Part shown: positions 63,204 to 64,000 of the stretch, piece after piece
Position numbering within the stretch: the first letter of the stretch is position 1
How the letters are laid out: every line of letters starts with the position of its first letter
From: Pecten maximus
Lineage: Eukaryota
Direction: 5' to 3'
Length of the DNA stretch: 64,000 nucleotides
Assembly: GCF_902652985.1 (NCBI RefSeq)
Contig: NC_047031.1
Span: 16,306,001 to 16,370,000 of the forward strand
The notes under the pieces: generated by a model
Told to the model about the DNA's origin: nothing
The model's input: the letters and a program-made list of their open reading frames with translations, nothing else
The model's database searches: none
Made by a program: the position numbers and the translations under genes

Positions 63204-64000
63204 TGAACCAAAACTTACTATCGTAAATTGTAACCTCAATATAGACAAAATATTGTCATGAAGACCATTAAATAAGCACGACAAAAAGACCAGGACCCTT
63301 TCCCTAAATCATACCCATAAGCACAAAATCGGTGCTGAACCCGACACGCTTTTTACATCGCTTAATCATAAAGTGGTCAATGTCAAAAATAAAATCTCAG
63401 TTGCAGTATTTTCTAAATACAAAGAAACATAAAATAGCACTTTCAATATAAATCGATAACTAGATACTTTAGAACCAATACGAATTAAACCAACTAAAAC
63501 AACTGTTTCGTCTTTCCATGACCTCCTCGGGGACGAGTAGGAATGAACGAGATAGTATAGAGAGAAATGAGACCAGTGGAGTCATACGAGAACGTGTGTC
63601 TGGGAAATGCCAATAACCAGTGTAATATCAGGACGAGTGTCTGGGCAACTAACAAAGAGAAAAGGCATGAAAAAAGAGAAAGGCGGTAGAAAGGGAAAAC
63701 GCTGGGAATAAAGGTTCAGATCAGAATTCAATGTGTTTCAATTGTATCAATATATATATTGCCTGTTATCTCCTAGATGTCATCTAAATAGAAAACAGAA
63801 AGAAACCCATGGGGCATTGTTAGTCGTCTCCTTTACACGAGTTAAGCTGTGACAAGGACAAAATACCTAATACGTATGCATTAAATTATTCAGTTTTTTT
63901 GTGTTACAGAGCAGTGGTTTCACACATATTGCAGACTCCAATCATCTTTAAGCAAGTCAATTAATCCACTACATGTATTTATGTACGAAGAATTAATAAT

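Overview
AT-rich, repeat-rich metazoan genomic DNA with spliceosomal introns. The SINE, Helentron-like and satellite content suggests a bivalve mollusc, but that is inference. Three protein-coding genes can be rebuilt exon by exon. (1) The 5' end (F-BAR region) of a FER/FES non-receptor tyrosine kinase on the minus strand, running off the left edge. (2) FBXL17 (F-box plus LRRs) on the plus strand, head-to-head with FER across a probable short bidirectional promoter at about 15.5-16.0 kb. As I recall, humans have the same divergent neighbour pair at 5q21. (3) A roughly 27-kb minus-strand ALK-family receptor tyrosine kinase (about 61.7 to 34.5 kb) with the layout unknown Cys-containing N-region, MAM, LDLa, MAM, TM, kinase. 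It has ALK-type kinase exon sizes but no glycine-rich/TNF-like ligand-binding region and a degenerate YxxxYY activation loop. Its last five exons occur twice (29.2-31.6 kb and 34.5-36.9 kb) with only synonymous differences, joined by a garbage-like junction that may be a haplotype or assembly artefact. Several small frameshifts may be long-read errors. The remainder is satellites, SINEs, MITEs with 9-bp TSDs, Helentron-like elements carrying satellite arrays, and a decayed Tc1. A recurring oddity is tandem repeats built from copies of exon/intron junctions directly beside real splice sites.
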